This document shows, in pieces, positions 47,445 through 56,637 of a stretch of DNA of 64,000 bases (positions within the stretch are counted from its first letter, which is position 1; the number at the start of each line of letters is the position of its first letter). The DNA comes from Spirochaetia bacterium (GTDB taxonomy: Bacteria; Spirochaetota; Spirochaetia; SP-2023). Where the stretch lies: NCBI GenBank assembly GCA_965263295.1, contig OZ253665.1, positions 1,824,001 to 1,888,000 of the forward strand. The letters are read 5' to 3'. The notes below the pieces were generated by a model, which was given only the letters and a program-made list of their open reading frames with translations, searched no databases and was not told the origin of the DNA. The translations under genes were made by a program, and so were the position numbers.

Positions 47445-49208
47445 CTACTGGTTTTTGTAGATAGGCATTTCGTGATAGTGGGTGTGCAGCAACTCGTGAG
47501 ATTTTTCGCTCAGTGGGGATCCCAGGAACTCTGCATAAATTTTCTTTATACTGGGATTCTCGAAGGAAAAGCGCACTTTGCTTTGCGCGTCATCCCGGTG
47601 TATGCCGGCAATGCGGCGGGCCACGGTACCTTCTTTTTTGCTGTAGGGCTGGCCGCCGCCGCCGATACAACCGCCAGGACAGGCCATTACTTCGACGAAA
47701 TGGAAGGGTAAATCTTCTGTGGCAAAGCCATTAGCCTTTGCCTGGCGAATTTCTTCTACAATTTTTGAAACATTATTCATGCCGTGTGCAATAGCCACAC
47801 GAATTTTTTTGCCCTCAATTTCGAGCTCACCTTTGCGTATACCGGCCATACCGCGCACGCACTCGACTTCAACTTTCTCCAGTCTCTTGCCGGTGATGAA
47901 ATAGTGGGCCGATCGCAGTGCCGCTTCCATCACGCCACCGGTCGCGCCAAAGATGACTCCAGCTCCCGAGTATTCGCCGATAGGGCTGTCAGACGGACTC
48001 TCAGGCAAGTTGACAAAGTCAATCCCAGCTTGTTTGAGCAGGCGAGCTAGCTCGCGAGTAGTCAAGACTAAGTCCATATCGTATTCGCCGGAAGATCGCA
48101 TATGATCATCGCGGTCAATCTCATACTTTTTGGCGGTGCAGGGCATAATGGCCGCAGATAAGATTTGCTTGGCCTCCAAGCCCTTCTGCTGGGCATAGTA
48201 AGTCTTGGTCATGGCACCTTGCATCATCATCGGCGATTTGGCCGAAGAACAGTGGGGCATCATATCAGAACAGTACTTCTCCATGTAATCGACCCAGGCG
48301 GGACAACAGGTTGTGATCTGTGGCAGAACGGCATCGCTGTGCGCGAGGCGCTGCGCAAATTCATTTGCTTCCTCCATAATGGTCAAATCTGCCGAGAAGC
48401 TGGAATCAAACACGGTATCGACGCCGAGAGCCCGCAGGGCACTGTAAAGTTTGCCCGTCGAGATTTCTCCCGCTTCAAGCCCAAACTCTTCGCCGATAGC
48501 CACGCGGATGGCCGGCGCTATCTGAACCACGACATGCTTGCCGGGGTCGGCGATGGCAGCCATGAACCTCTCGGTGTGATCCATTTCATAGATGGCTCCG
48601 ACAGGACAGTGGGCCGCGCATTGACCACATTTGATACAAGGACTTTCGGCCAGAGTCGCGCCGGCTGCCGGTTGAATAATCGTATTGATACCTCGATTGA
48701 GAAACTCAAGGGCCCAAACGTTCTGCACTTGTTGGCAGACTTCGACACAGCGACCGCACTGTATACACTTGTAAGGATCCAGAACTATAGCCTGTGTCGT
48801 CTCATCGGCCGGAAGATTCTTGATTTCACGCTGATAGGGAACCTTGCGAATGCCAAACTCGGCAGTCAGCGTCTGCAACTCGCAGCTGGTATTGCGCACA
48901 CAGCCCAGACAATCGTTGGGGTGGTTCGCCAAAATCATCTTTAGCACGGTCTGACGACTGTCGTAAAGCTCCTGGTCGTGAGTCAGGTAATTGAGACCAG
49001 CGACAACTTTTGTGGTACAAGAACGCACCAGTTTTGGCGAGCCTGCGACTTTGACGACGCAGAGACCACAGGCTGACCAGCTGGGCAGGTCCGGGTGGGC
49101 GCAAAGCGTGGGAATTTGGATTTGTACCGCCTTGGCGGCCTTCAGGATCGTATAATCTTCAGGGACTTCGACGCTCTTACCGTTGATTTGTACGTTTATG
49201 TTTGCCAT
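47445..49208 (-). CDS. hydA: [FeFe]-hydrogenase catalytic subunit (group A, multimeric; HndD/HydA)
   Basis: [2Fe-2S], His-ligated [4Fe-4S] (HPNDCLGC) and 2x[4Fe-4S]; H-cluster motifs TTCCPAW, MPCTAKKYE, EVMACPGGCIGGGGQP. Confidence 0.96.
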   Translation of the reverse strand: MANINVQINGKSVEVPEDYTILKAAKAVQIQIPTLCAHPDLPSWSACGLCVVKVAGSPKLVRSCTTKVVAGLNYLTHDQELYDSRQTVLKMILANHPNDCLGCVRNTSCELQTLTAEFGIRKVPYQREIKNLPADETTQAIVLDPYKCIQCGRCVEVCQQVQNVWALEFLNRGINTIIQPAAGATLAESPCIKCGQCAAHCPVGAIYEMDHTERFMAAIADPGKHVVVQIAPAIRVAIGEEFGLEAGEISTGKLYSALRALGVDTVFDSSFSADLTIMEEANEFAQRLAHSDAVLPQITTCCPAWVDYMEKYCSDMMPHCSSAKSPMMMQGAMTKTYYAQQKGLEAKQILSAAIMPCTAKKYEIDRDDHMRSSGEYDMDLVLTTRELARLLKQAGIDFVNLPESPSDSPIGEYSGAGVIFGATGGVMEAALRSAHYFITGKRLEKVEVECVRGMAGIRKGELEIEGKKIRVAIAHGMNNVSKIVEEIRQAKANGFATEDLPFHFVEVMACPGGCIGGGGQPYSKKEGTVARRIAGIHRDDAQSKVRFSFENPSIKKIYAEFLGSPLSEKSHELLHTHYHEMPIYKNQ

Positions 49209-49226
49209 AGAATCTTCACTCCTTTC

Positions 49227-51047
49227 TTAGGCGATTTCCACGGCCTTGACCTTGGGAGGACAGACCTCGTAGCAGACACCACACTTGATACATGCCTGGG
49301 GATCAATTTGGTGCGGCGATTTCTTCTCCCCACTAATGCAGTCGACCGGGCATTTTCTGGCACAAATGCCGCAGCCGATACATTTTTCTGGGTTGATGAC
49401 GTACTTGATTAAGTCCTTGCACTTGCCGGCGCGACAACGACCGTCGCGAATATGCTCGATTAACTCGTCTTCAAAGTATTCCAGCATGGAAAGTACGGGG
49501 TTGGGAGCCGTCTGCCCCAGGCCGCAGAGTGAAGCCTTGCGCAACGACCTACCGATTTCTCGGATGTGTTGTACCTGTTCCATGTTACTTCGTCCCTTTG
49601 ATATGCGATCCAATATGCCGTAGAGTTTTTTCGTGCCGATGCGACAAGGGGAACATTTGCCACAAGATTCGTCGACACAAAAATCCATATAGAATTTACA
49701 GACGTCGACTACGCAATCCTGGTCATCCAGTACGATCATGCCCCCAGAGCCCATCATTGAGCCAATGGAGGTCAGGGTGTCAAAATCGATCGGAGTGTCG
49801 AGAAATTGGGCCGGGATCATGCCTCCAGAGGGGCCACCGGTTTGGACCGCCTTGAATTCGCGCCCGTTGGGGATGCCCCCGCCGATATCGAAAACAATCT
49901 CGCGTAAAGTTGTTCCCATCGGTACTTCAACTAAACCGGAGTTCTTAATTTTGCCGGTCAAGGCAAAGACCTTGGTCCCTTTGGAACCTTCGGTCCCAAT
50001 ACGAGAAAACCAGTCCCCACCTTTAGTCATAATAATGGGGATATTGGCAAAAGTTTCGACGTTGTTGATGACCGAAGGCATGCCGAAGAGACCCTTTATC
50101 GCAGGAAACGGCGGCTTGGGCCGAGGCGTCCCGCGCTGACCTTCGACAGAAGCCAGGAGGGCGGTCTCCTCGCCACAGACGAAGGCTCCAGCTCCATAGC
50201 GCAGTTCAATGTCAAAATCGAAGCCAGACCCCAATATGTCTTGTCCTAAAAGACCGTATTCGCGCGCCTGTTTCATGGCAACTTCCAAACGCTCGATAGC
50301 CAGCGGGTACTCGGCGCGAATATAAATATAGCCTTCATGGGCCCCAACAGCGATACCGGCAATAGTCATGGCCTCCAGTATTGAATGTGGGTCGCCTTCT
50401 AAAGTTGCGCGATCCATGTAGGCGCCGGGGTCACCCTCGTCGGCGTTACAGACAATGCACTTGCGCTCGGCATCAACTTTTCTAGTGAAATCCCATTTCA
50501 TCCAGGTGGGGAAGCCGGCCCCACCTCGTCCACGCAGGCCGGAAGTTTTAATTTCGGCGATGATGTCGTGCGGTTTTAATGTGAACAGAGAGCGTTCCAG
50601 GGCTACGTAACCATCGCGGGCGATATACTCATCAATGTTTTCCGGATTGATGAAGCCACAGTTGCGCAAGGCCACGCGGTATTGTTTTTGGTAAAAATCA
50701 ATATTTTCGATATCGCAGGCTCCGCCCTTATTGCCTGATTTTTCTGGATTGTATTGCAAACGCTCGACGATGCGACCTTTGACAATGGTTTCAGCGATGA
50801 TATTCTTGGCGTCTTCAGGTTTGACTTGCACATAGAAAGCCTGCTCAGGCAGGATTTTGACAATGGGCCCTTGTTCACAAAAGCCGAAACAACCGGTCTT
50901 GACGACCTGAATATCGAGATCCACGCCGTGGGCTTTCGCTTCGCTGAGCAGCTTCTGGTGAATCTCTTCTGCTTTGATCGACTCGCAGGCCGTGCCGCCA
51001 CAGCAAAGGATGTAACTCTTTATAGCCATATAACTTTTCTCCCTCAT
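49227..51047 (-). CDS. hydB: NuoF-like FMN/NAD-binding diaphorase subunit (HydB/HndC)
   Basis: GRGGAGFPT, NADEGDPG, GAFVCGEETAL, ESCGKCSPCR; N-terminal thioredoxin-like [2Fe-2S] and C-terminal 2x[4Fe-4S]. Confidence 0.95.
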   Translation of the reverse strand: MREKSYMAIKSYILCCGGTACESIKAEEIHQKLLSEAKAHGVDLDIQVVKTGCFGFCEQGPIVKILPEQAFYVQVKPEDAKNIIAETIVKGRIVERLQYNPEKSGNKGGACDIENIDFYQKQYRVALRNCGFINPENIDEYIARDGYVALERSLFTLKPHDIIAEIKTSGLRGRGGAGFPTWMKWDFTRKVDAERKCIVCNADEGDPGAYMDRATLEGDPHSILEAMTIAGIAVGAHEGYIYIRAEYPLAIERLEVAMKQAREYGLLGQDILGSGFDFDIELRYGAGAFVCGEETALLASVEGQRGTPRPKPPFPAIKGLFGMPSVINNVETFANIPIIMTKGGDWFSRIGTEGSKGTKVFALTGKIKNSGLVEVPMGTTLREIVFDIGGGIPNGREFKAVQTGGPSGGMIPAQFLDTPIDFDTLTSIGSMMGSGGMIVLDDQDCVVDVCKFYMDFCVDESCGKCSPCRIGTKKLYGILDRISKGRSNMEQVQHIREIGRSLRKASLCGLGQTAPNPVLSMLEYFEDELIEHIRDGRCRAGKCKDLIKYVINPEKCIGCGICARKCPVDCISGEKKSPHQIDPQACIKCGVCYEVCPPKVKAVEIA

Positions 51048-51050
51048 TCC

Positions 51051-51449
51051 CTAGGTGTTTGCGGCCAGAATATCTCCGGCGGGGCGGTCGAGAATATGGC
51101 CGTCTACCAGCTTTTTGTTTATAATATGGCTGCTGACAATTTCTTCAGCCAATTGGGCATCGACATTGCCGTAAATGGTGTGAGGTACTTGCGGAACCCG
51201 GATTTCAACCGTGGGTTCTTTATAGCAAAGGCCCATGCAGCCCGTCTGCTTGACGGTTACATTGGTCAGATTGTGCTTCTTGATGGAATCGAGGAAGCCG
51301 TCCAGGGTCTGCTTGGCACCCGCGGCGATCCCGCAGGTGCCCATTCCAACTATAACTTGGACTTCCTTGCCCTCCACCTCTCTGCGTTGCATTTCGTGCT
51401 TGGTGTTGTCACGCATTTGGCGCAATTGCTCCAGTGTCATCTTTGCCAT
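51051..51449 (-). CDS. Thioredoxin-like [2Fe-2S] subunit (HydD/HndB)
   Basis: VGMGTCGIAAGA, QTGCMGLC..EP. Confidence 0.9.
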   Translation of the reverse strand: MAKMTLEQLRQMRDNTKHEMQRREVEGKEVQVIVGMGTCGIAAGAKQTLDGFLDSIKKHNLTNVTVKQTGCMGLCYKEPTVEIRVPQVPHTIYGNVDAQLAEEIVSSHIINKKLVDGHILDRPAGDILAANT

Positions 51450-51495
51450 TGCCAGTCTCCTTTCTTTTTTTTAATTTTAAGTCAATAAAATTTTG

Positions 51496-52050
51496 TCAGG
51501 CTGCTTCCTGCGAGCGCAGATAGTCGCGCAGTAGTAGCATGTTCTGTGAATCGCCCAGATCGCCCAGTAGCGCCCGCAGCTTACTGCGCTCCAGGCGGTA
51601 ACCTTGCGCTTGCGACACAGCGGCAAAACTCTTGTCTATGATCAGTTCATAATCCCCAGAGAAACACATGGCTTGCAAAAACATCGCGCTCCAATCCCCT
51701 TCGGGTGGGGTGTCGATATTACCCTGGTCAAAACAGGCCATCAGCTCCGTGCCGTGCTCTGTTTCCCCCGTTTTTGAGTTTATGGTAAAACTGCCGCCGG
51801 CAACTTGGGCCGTTTGTATGACAAACGGCAGACCCAAGCCAAATTTGCGCCGGGGATGTTTTTGCCCATCGCTGTAAAATGCGTCTCCGGCTTGAGCCAG
51901 CTCTTCAGGCGTCATGCCACAACCATTGTCACACAGGCGGAAGCAAAGCATTTTTTGTCGTCGCCAAAGCTTGAGCTCAATGCGCTCGGCTACCGCTTCC
52001 ACCGAGTTTTGCAGTAGATCCAAAATCATGTCAGATAAGCAATAATGCAT
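51496..52050 (-). CDS. Stand-alone GHKL (histidine-kinase-like) ATPase domain protein
   Basis: ILDLLQNS (N box), DNGCGM, GLGLP, GT; no dimerisation domain. Confidence 0.85.
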   Translation of the reverse strand: MHYCLSDMILDLLQNSVEAVAERIELKLWRRQKMLCFRLCDNGCGMTPEELAQAGDAFYSDGQKHPRRKFGLGLPFVIQTAQVAGGSFTINSKTGETEHGTELMACFDQGNIDTPPEGDWSAMFLQAMCFSGDYELIIDKSFAAVSQAQGYRLERSKLRALLGDLGDSQNMLLLRDYLRSQEAA

Positions 52051-52071
52051 GGGCGTGTCCCCGTGGTAGTT

Positions 52072-52554
52072 CTACCGAGAAGATTTTAAAACTTTGCGCA
52101 AAGAATCTTTAGACAGCTTGCCGTGTACTTCCGTGCCAATAGTCAGCACCGGGGCCAGACCGCAGCAGCCAATGCAGCGTACGGCTTCGTAGGAAAACTT
52201 GCCGTCGGGTGTCGCCTTACCTTCGGGAACATTCAATTCGTCTGCCAGAGTCTTGAGTAGTTTGTCTGCGCCCTTGAGGTAACAGGCTGTGCCCATACAA
52301 ACCTGGACATGTCGTTCGCCAGGCTTTTCTGTCTTGAAAAAATTGTAGAACGAGATCACTCCATAAATCTTGGCCAAAGGCGTATTCAAAGCTTCGCTAA
52401 GGTAATTGATATAAGCCTTGGGAAGATAGCCGAATTCCTTTTGAACGCGGTGCAGTACCATAATCAGGTTGCCTGCCTTGGGTTGCCATTCTCGGATAAA
52501 GTCTGCCAGTTCCCGGCTGATTGCCGGAGCTTCACTTGATAGAGTATTCGCCAC
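52072..52554 (-). CDS. hydC: NuoE-like [2Fe-2S] subunit (HydC/HndA)
   Basis: LHRVQ..FGYLP, VCMGTAC, CIGCCGLAP; GTG start after GAGAGG. Confidence 0.93.
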   Translation of the reverse strand: MANTLSSEAPAISRELADFIREWQPKAGNLIMVLHRVQKEFGYLPKAYINYLSEALNTPLAKIYGVISFYNFFKTEKPGERHVQVCMGTACYLKGADKLLKTLADELNVPEGKATPDGKFSYEAVRCIGCCGLAPVLTIGTEVHGKLSKDSLRKVLKSSR

Positions 52555-52665
52555 GTATGTCCTCTCATTTCGCGCCAGCCTGAAATAGCCAGTCACAAGC
52601 TAGAAATTTTTTGCAGACAACTCATAGACAGCCCTTCGTTTCTGCCAATCTCTGCCTGTAAAACT

Positions 52666-52694
52666 ATATTACATCTTTATATTCTGTTTGTCAA
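52666..52694 (-). promoter_or_regulatory. Sigma70 promoter of the hydrogenase operon
   Basis: TTGACA-17 nt-TAATAT on the minus strand. Confidence 0.6.
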
Positions 52695-52844
52695 TGAATT
52701 TTTAGTTTTAAATGCTTATTATCAAAGTATTCTAGTGATTTTGATTATCGTTTTATTTGGCGTCGATATTGATAAAAATTAAAAATAGATTAAGATAAAT
52801 ATGATATTTGACAATAGTCTGTATTGATCTAAATTAGAGAGAAT

Positions 52845-53798
52845 ATGGCACATTTTTTATTAAATACGGATCTTCCGCCTGCAAGTATTATGGAAATGAT
52901 ATTTCGTTTAAAAGTTAAAGATGTAATGACTGCAGATATCTATGTCGTGCAAAAAAGTCATAAAATGGCCCGTGTCCGCCAGGTAATGAAGGGGCGGGGT
53001 GTCACGGGTTTGCCTGTTGTAGAAAATTTAAAAAATATGCGCTTGATGGGAATTGTCAGCATTAGTGACTTGCTGGATGCGATGGGTGCAGGCGATATCG
53101 AAAAGTCTGTCGAAAATTATATGACTAAAAACGTGGTTGCTTTGGAAGAAGATATGCCTCTGTCTTTTGCAATTAATTATATAGATAAATATAATTTTGG
53201 CCGTTTTCCGGTTTTGAACAAGATGAGGCGACTGGTGGGCATCGTGACCAATCGGGATATCGTCAACCACTTGCTGGGCGAAATGAACCGGGAAATGGCG
53301 CAGTTGGAGAAAATGCTGCCGCCGGAAAATACCTGGAATGATAGCGAAAATATTCAACTGGATTTTGTCTGCCACCGGTATGACTTTGAAAATGCCGGCA
53401 AGGCCTCGGCCAAGATCAAGCAGGTGTTAAAGAAGCGCGGCGTGTCACGTCCCATTATTCGCCGGGTGGCGATAGCTTCTTACGAGCTAGAAATCAACCT
53501 GGTGATTCATTCTCTGGGCGGCCAATTGCAGTTCTTCGTGCGTCCGCACGAGGTGGAAATTGTGGCCAGTGACGAGGGGCCGGGCATCGCCTGTATCAAT
53601 TCGGCCCTGACGGAGGGCTATTCCACTGCCGGCGACTGGATTCGCTCGTTAGGGTTTGGAGCCGGTATGGGCCTGCCGAATGTCAAGCGGGTTTCAGATG
53701 ATTTTGCCTTTGAATCCCGTTGTGAAGAGGGCAAAGCAGGCACGGTAGTGCGCGTGAAGATTTCCACATTGGAAGATGCCAATGGAGGTGCGGGATGA
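52845..53798 (+). CDS. CBS-pair domain fused to an RsbT-like anti-sigma Ser/Thr kinase domain
   Basis: Two CBS repeats (VKDVMT..GLPVV..GIVS; MTKNVV..RFPV..GIVT) then YELEINLVIH, DEGPGI, EGYSTA, GFGAGMGLPN. Confidence 0.88.
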   Translation: MAHFLLNTDLPPASIMEMIFRLKVKDVMTADIYVVQKSHKMARVRQVMKGRGVTGLPVVENLKNMRLMGIVSISDLLDAMGAGDIEKSVENYMTKNVVALEEDMPLSFAINYIDKYNFGRFPVLNKMRRLVGIVTNRDIVNHLLGEMNREMAQLEKMLPPENTWNDSENIQLDFVCHRYDFENAGKASAKIKQVLKKRGVSRPIIRRVAIASYELEINLVIHSLGGQLQFFVRPHEVEIVASDEGPGIACINSALTEGYSTAGDWIRSLGFGAGMGLPNVKRVSDDFAFESRCEEGKAGTVVRVKISTLEDANGGAG

Positions 53799-54145
53799 AA
53801 GTGAACGACCTGGCGAACTGGCTTGGCTACGAGTGCCTGTTCGACGCGGCGGCAGACGAAGATTTACTGAGGGGATATACGTCCGACTTGCTCAGCGACG
53901 TGATGGGCAATGCTCCTGCCGATTCGGTACTGATAACGATTCAGGCCCACAAAAATACGGTGGCGGTGGCTTCTTTGATCGGGGCATTTGCCATCCTGAT
54001 TTGTAACGGTCGCAGTGTCCCTGCCGATATGCTAGAGGCCGCAAGGCGCGAAGGCATCGCTATTTACAGCTGCGGTGAGAATCAGTTTCAGGCTTCGGGA
54101 AAAATCTTCCAACTCTTAAAGAGGCCAGGCCAGGAATCCTCATGA
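53795..54145 (+). CDS. DRTGG-like domain protein
   Basis: GYTSDLLSDVMG, LITIQAHKNTVAVA. Confidence 0.8.
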   Translation: MKVNDLANWLGYECLFDAAADEDLLRGYTSDLLSDVMGNAPADSVLITIQAHKNTVAVASLIGAFAILICNGRSVPADMLEAARREGIAIYSCGENQFQASGKIFQLLKRPGQESS

Positions 54146-54230
54146 TTGAGTTTGGGCAAGAATTGTCAGGTCGCGACATGGAGCCAATTATGGAAGCCCA
54201 ATTATAGAAGTAAATTAAAGCGAGGATGGC

Positions 54231-54941
54231 ATGTGGCTTGACCTGCACAATCATTCCTGTCTTAGCCCCTGTGGCAGCCTGAGGCAGTCGCCGCGCGTGT
54301 TGGTGGAGCGGGCTCGGCTCCGGGGGCTCAAACTATTGGCACTCAGCGACCATAACACGGGGGAAAATCTGCCGGCCTTTGCCGACTGTTGTGCCGCCGC
54401 AAGCATTGCTCCGGTCTTTGGCATTGAGGTCAGCAGTGCGGAGGAAGTCCATGTCTTATGTCTGTTTGGCGACTTGGATGTGGCGCTGACGTTTGGCCGC
54501 GAAATTTACACGGCTCTGCAGAGCATGAAAAATATTCCCGAAAAACTGGGCGACCAAGTTATCGTCGATGCCGAGGAAAATATTTTGGGGTTCTTGGAAA
54601 AACATTTATCCAGCGGGGCGGTGACTTACAACCTGGATCAACTGGCACAAATGGTGCAAGAGAGAGAAGGGCTTTTTATCCCGGCCCACATAGACCGTCC
54701 GGCTTTTAGTATTCAAAGTCAGCTAGGCTTTCTGCCCAGTCTCGCCGTCGGTGACTTTGATGCCTTGGAGGTGCTGCAGCGCCCTTGCCCGCTAAATACT
54801 GCGGGATACTGTGAAATCACGGGCTCAGATGCCCACTTCCCCGAAAATGTCGGGCAGCGCGCCTGTGAGCTCCCGTTGCGAGAAGCTAGTTTTGCCGCTC
54901 TGAAGGAGTTCCTGGCAAGTCAGCGCCGGGTGCGGCGCTGA
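54231..54941 (+). CDS. PHP-domain phosphoesterase
   Basis: DLHNHSCLSPC, SDHN, GIEV..EEVH, PAHIDR, GSDAH. Confidence 0.9.
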   Translation: MWLDLHNHSCLSPCGSLRQSPRVLVERARLRGLKLLALSDHNTGENLPAFADCCAAASIAPVFGIEVSSAEEVHVLCLFGDLDVALTFGREIYTALQSMKNIPEKLGDQVIVDAEENILGFLEKHLSSGAVTYNLDQLAQMVQEREGLFIPAHIDRPAFSIQSQLGFLPSLAVGDFDALEVLQRPCPLNTAGYCEITGSDAHFPENVGQRACELPLREASFAALKEFLASQRRVRR

Positions 54942-55205
54942 AGATTTCCTGCGGCTTGACTCTGACGGGCTTTAATCAATACAAATTTGTCTCTGCTTGG
55001 TCTTGATTCTGCCTCCAGGTGGCAATGTTTGCGCGCTTAAATCGGGCTTATGGACAAGAGCCTCAGTTTGCCGGCGGCTTTTGCTGGAGGAACGGTTTGA
55101 GAATTTTTTGTTTTGCGGGTAAATTTAGGGGGACACGGTATCAGATATATAATAAAATATTAATAAATTTAAATGATGGGAGTTTACTTGAAGAATGCGG
55201 CCACC

Positions 55206-56636
55206 ATGTATGATGTCATTGTAATCGGCGCAGGAATTGCGGGGGCTGCCATTGCTCGCGAACTTTCGCGCTACGAATTAAAAATTGCCGTGCTGGAGCG
55301 CAGCAGCGATGTCGCAAACGGAACGACCAAAGCCAATTCGGCCATCGTCCACGCTGGCTATGACGCGCCCGAAAACAGCTTGATGGCCAAGTATAACGTC
55401 GTGGGAAATGCGATGTTTGCCGCCCTGTGTCGCGACCTTAATGTGCCATTTACAGCGTGCGGCTCTCTCGTGGTGGCCTTTTCCCCAGAAGACCAGGAGC
55501 AGTTGCAAAGATTGCATCGCCGGGGTCTGCGCAACGCTGTGCCCGGAATGCGTCTGATCAGTGGACAGAAAGCCCGGCAACTTGAACCGAAACTCAGCGC
55601 TCGCATCACGGGCGCACTTTTGGCCGAGACTGCGGGCATTGTCGGGCCTTGGGAACTATGTATCGCGCTGCTGGAAAATGCCGTGGTCAACCGAGCGGAA
55701 CTTTTTCTGCGAGAGGAAGTCCTGTCCATAGAAAAAAAACGGGATGTATTTTATCTATCCACAAATGATCGCACTTTCGCAACGGGACTCGTCATAAATG
55801 CTGCGGGGGTCTACGCAGACAAAATTCACAACGCCATTGCGAGGCCGAGTTATCGCATCCGGGTGCGACGCGGCCAATACTTCGTCATGGACAAGAGCCA
55901 GGGTGCCCTGGTGCAGCGCGTGATTTTCCGGTGTCCGAGCGCCCTGGGCAAGGGCATCTTGGTCGCCCCGACAGTGCACGGCAACTTGCTGCTGGGGCCA
56001 GATGCGCAGGATCTGGATGACCGTGAAAATACCGCAACCAGCGCCGAAGAACTGGAACTCATACGCCGGGCGGCGGCAAAAATCATACCGGATATCCAGT
56101 TTCGCGACAGCATTCGCAATTTTGCCGGACTGCGCGCGGAATCGGATCGCGGTGACTTCGTGATTGAAGAGGCAGCAGACGTAGCCAATTTTTTTGATGT
56201 CGGGGGAATGAAGTCGCCGGGCCTGACTTCGGCTCCAGCTATAGCCATCGCTGTGGCAAAACAGGTGACAGAGCGCCTCGGCGCCCGCGAGAGGGCGGAA
56301 TTTCAGAGCCGGCGCGGCGGGCAGCGCGTGTTTATGGCGCTCAGCGATGACGAAAAGCGCGAACTGATCGGCAGGGAACCAGCTTATGGCAGAATTATTT
56401 GCCGCTGTGAAAGTATCACCGAAGGAGAAATTGTCGCAGCGATTCACAGGCCGCTTGGCGCCCGCAGTCTCGACGGGGTGAAGAAGCGCTGCCGTCCGGG
56501 CATGGGTCGCTGCCAGGGGAGCTTTTGCGGGCCGCAAGTCCAGGAGATTCTGGCACGGGAGCTAGGGCTCTCCTTGCAGGAAGTCATGCTTGACGAAGGG
56601 GGCTCCTATATTTTAGCCGGCGAGACAAAAAACTAG
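55206..56636 (+). CDS. FAD-dependent oxidoreductase, GlpA/LhgO-like, with C-terminal BFD-like [2Fe-2S] domain
   Basis: GAGIAG, TTKANSAIVHAG, SPGLTSAPAI, CRCE..GMGRCQGSFC. Confidence 0.9.
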   Translation: MYDVIVIGAGIAGAAIARELSRYELKIAVLERSSDVANGTTKANSAIVHAGYDAPENSLMAKYNVVGNAMFAALCRDLNVPFTACGSLVVAFSPEDQEQLQRLHRRGLRNAVPGMRLISGQKARQLEPKLSARITGALLAETAGIVGPWELCIALLENAVVNRAELFLREEVLSIEKKRDVFYLSTNDRTFATGLVINAAGVYADKIHNAIARPSYRIRVRRGQYFVMDKSQGALVQRVIFRCPSALGKGILVAPTVHGNLLLGPDAQDLDDRENTATSAEELELIRRAAAKIIPDIQFRDSIRNFAGLRAESDRGDFVIEEAADVANFFDVGGMKSPGLTSAPAIAIAVAKQVTERLGARERAEFQSRRGGQRVFMALSDDEKRELIGREPAYGRIICRCESITEGEIVAAIHRPLGARSLDGVKKRCRPGMGRCQGSFCGPQVQEILARELGLSLQEVMLDEGGSYILAGETKN

Positions 56637-56637
56637 G

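Noticed and set aside
48165..51488. Long antisense ORFs (259 aa and 244 aa) opposite the hydrogenase genes
   Set aside because: Shadow frames of well-conserved genes with no recognisable motifs.
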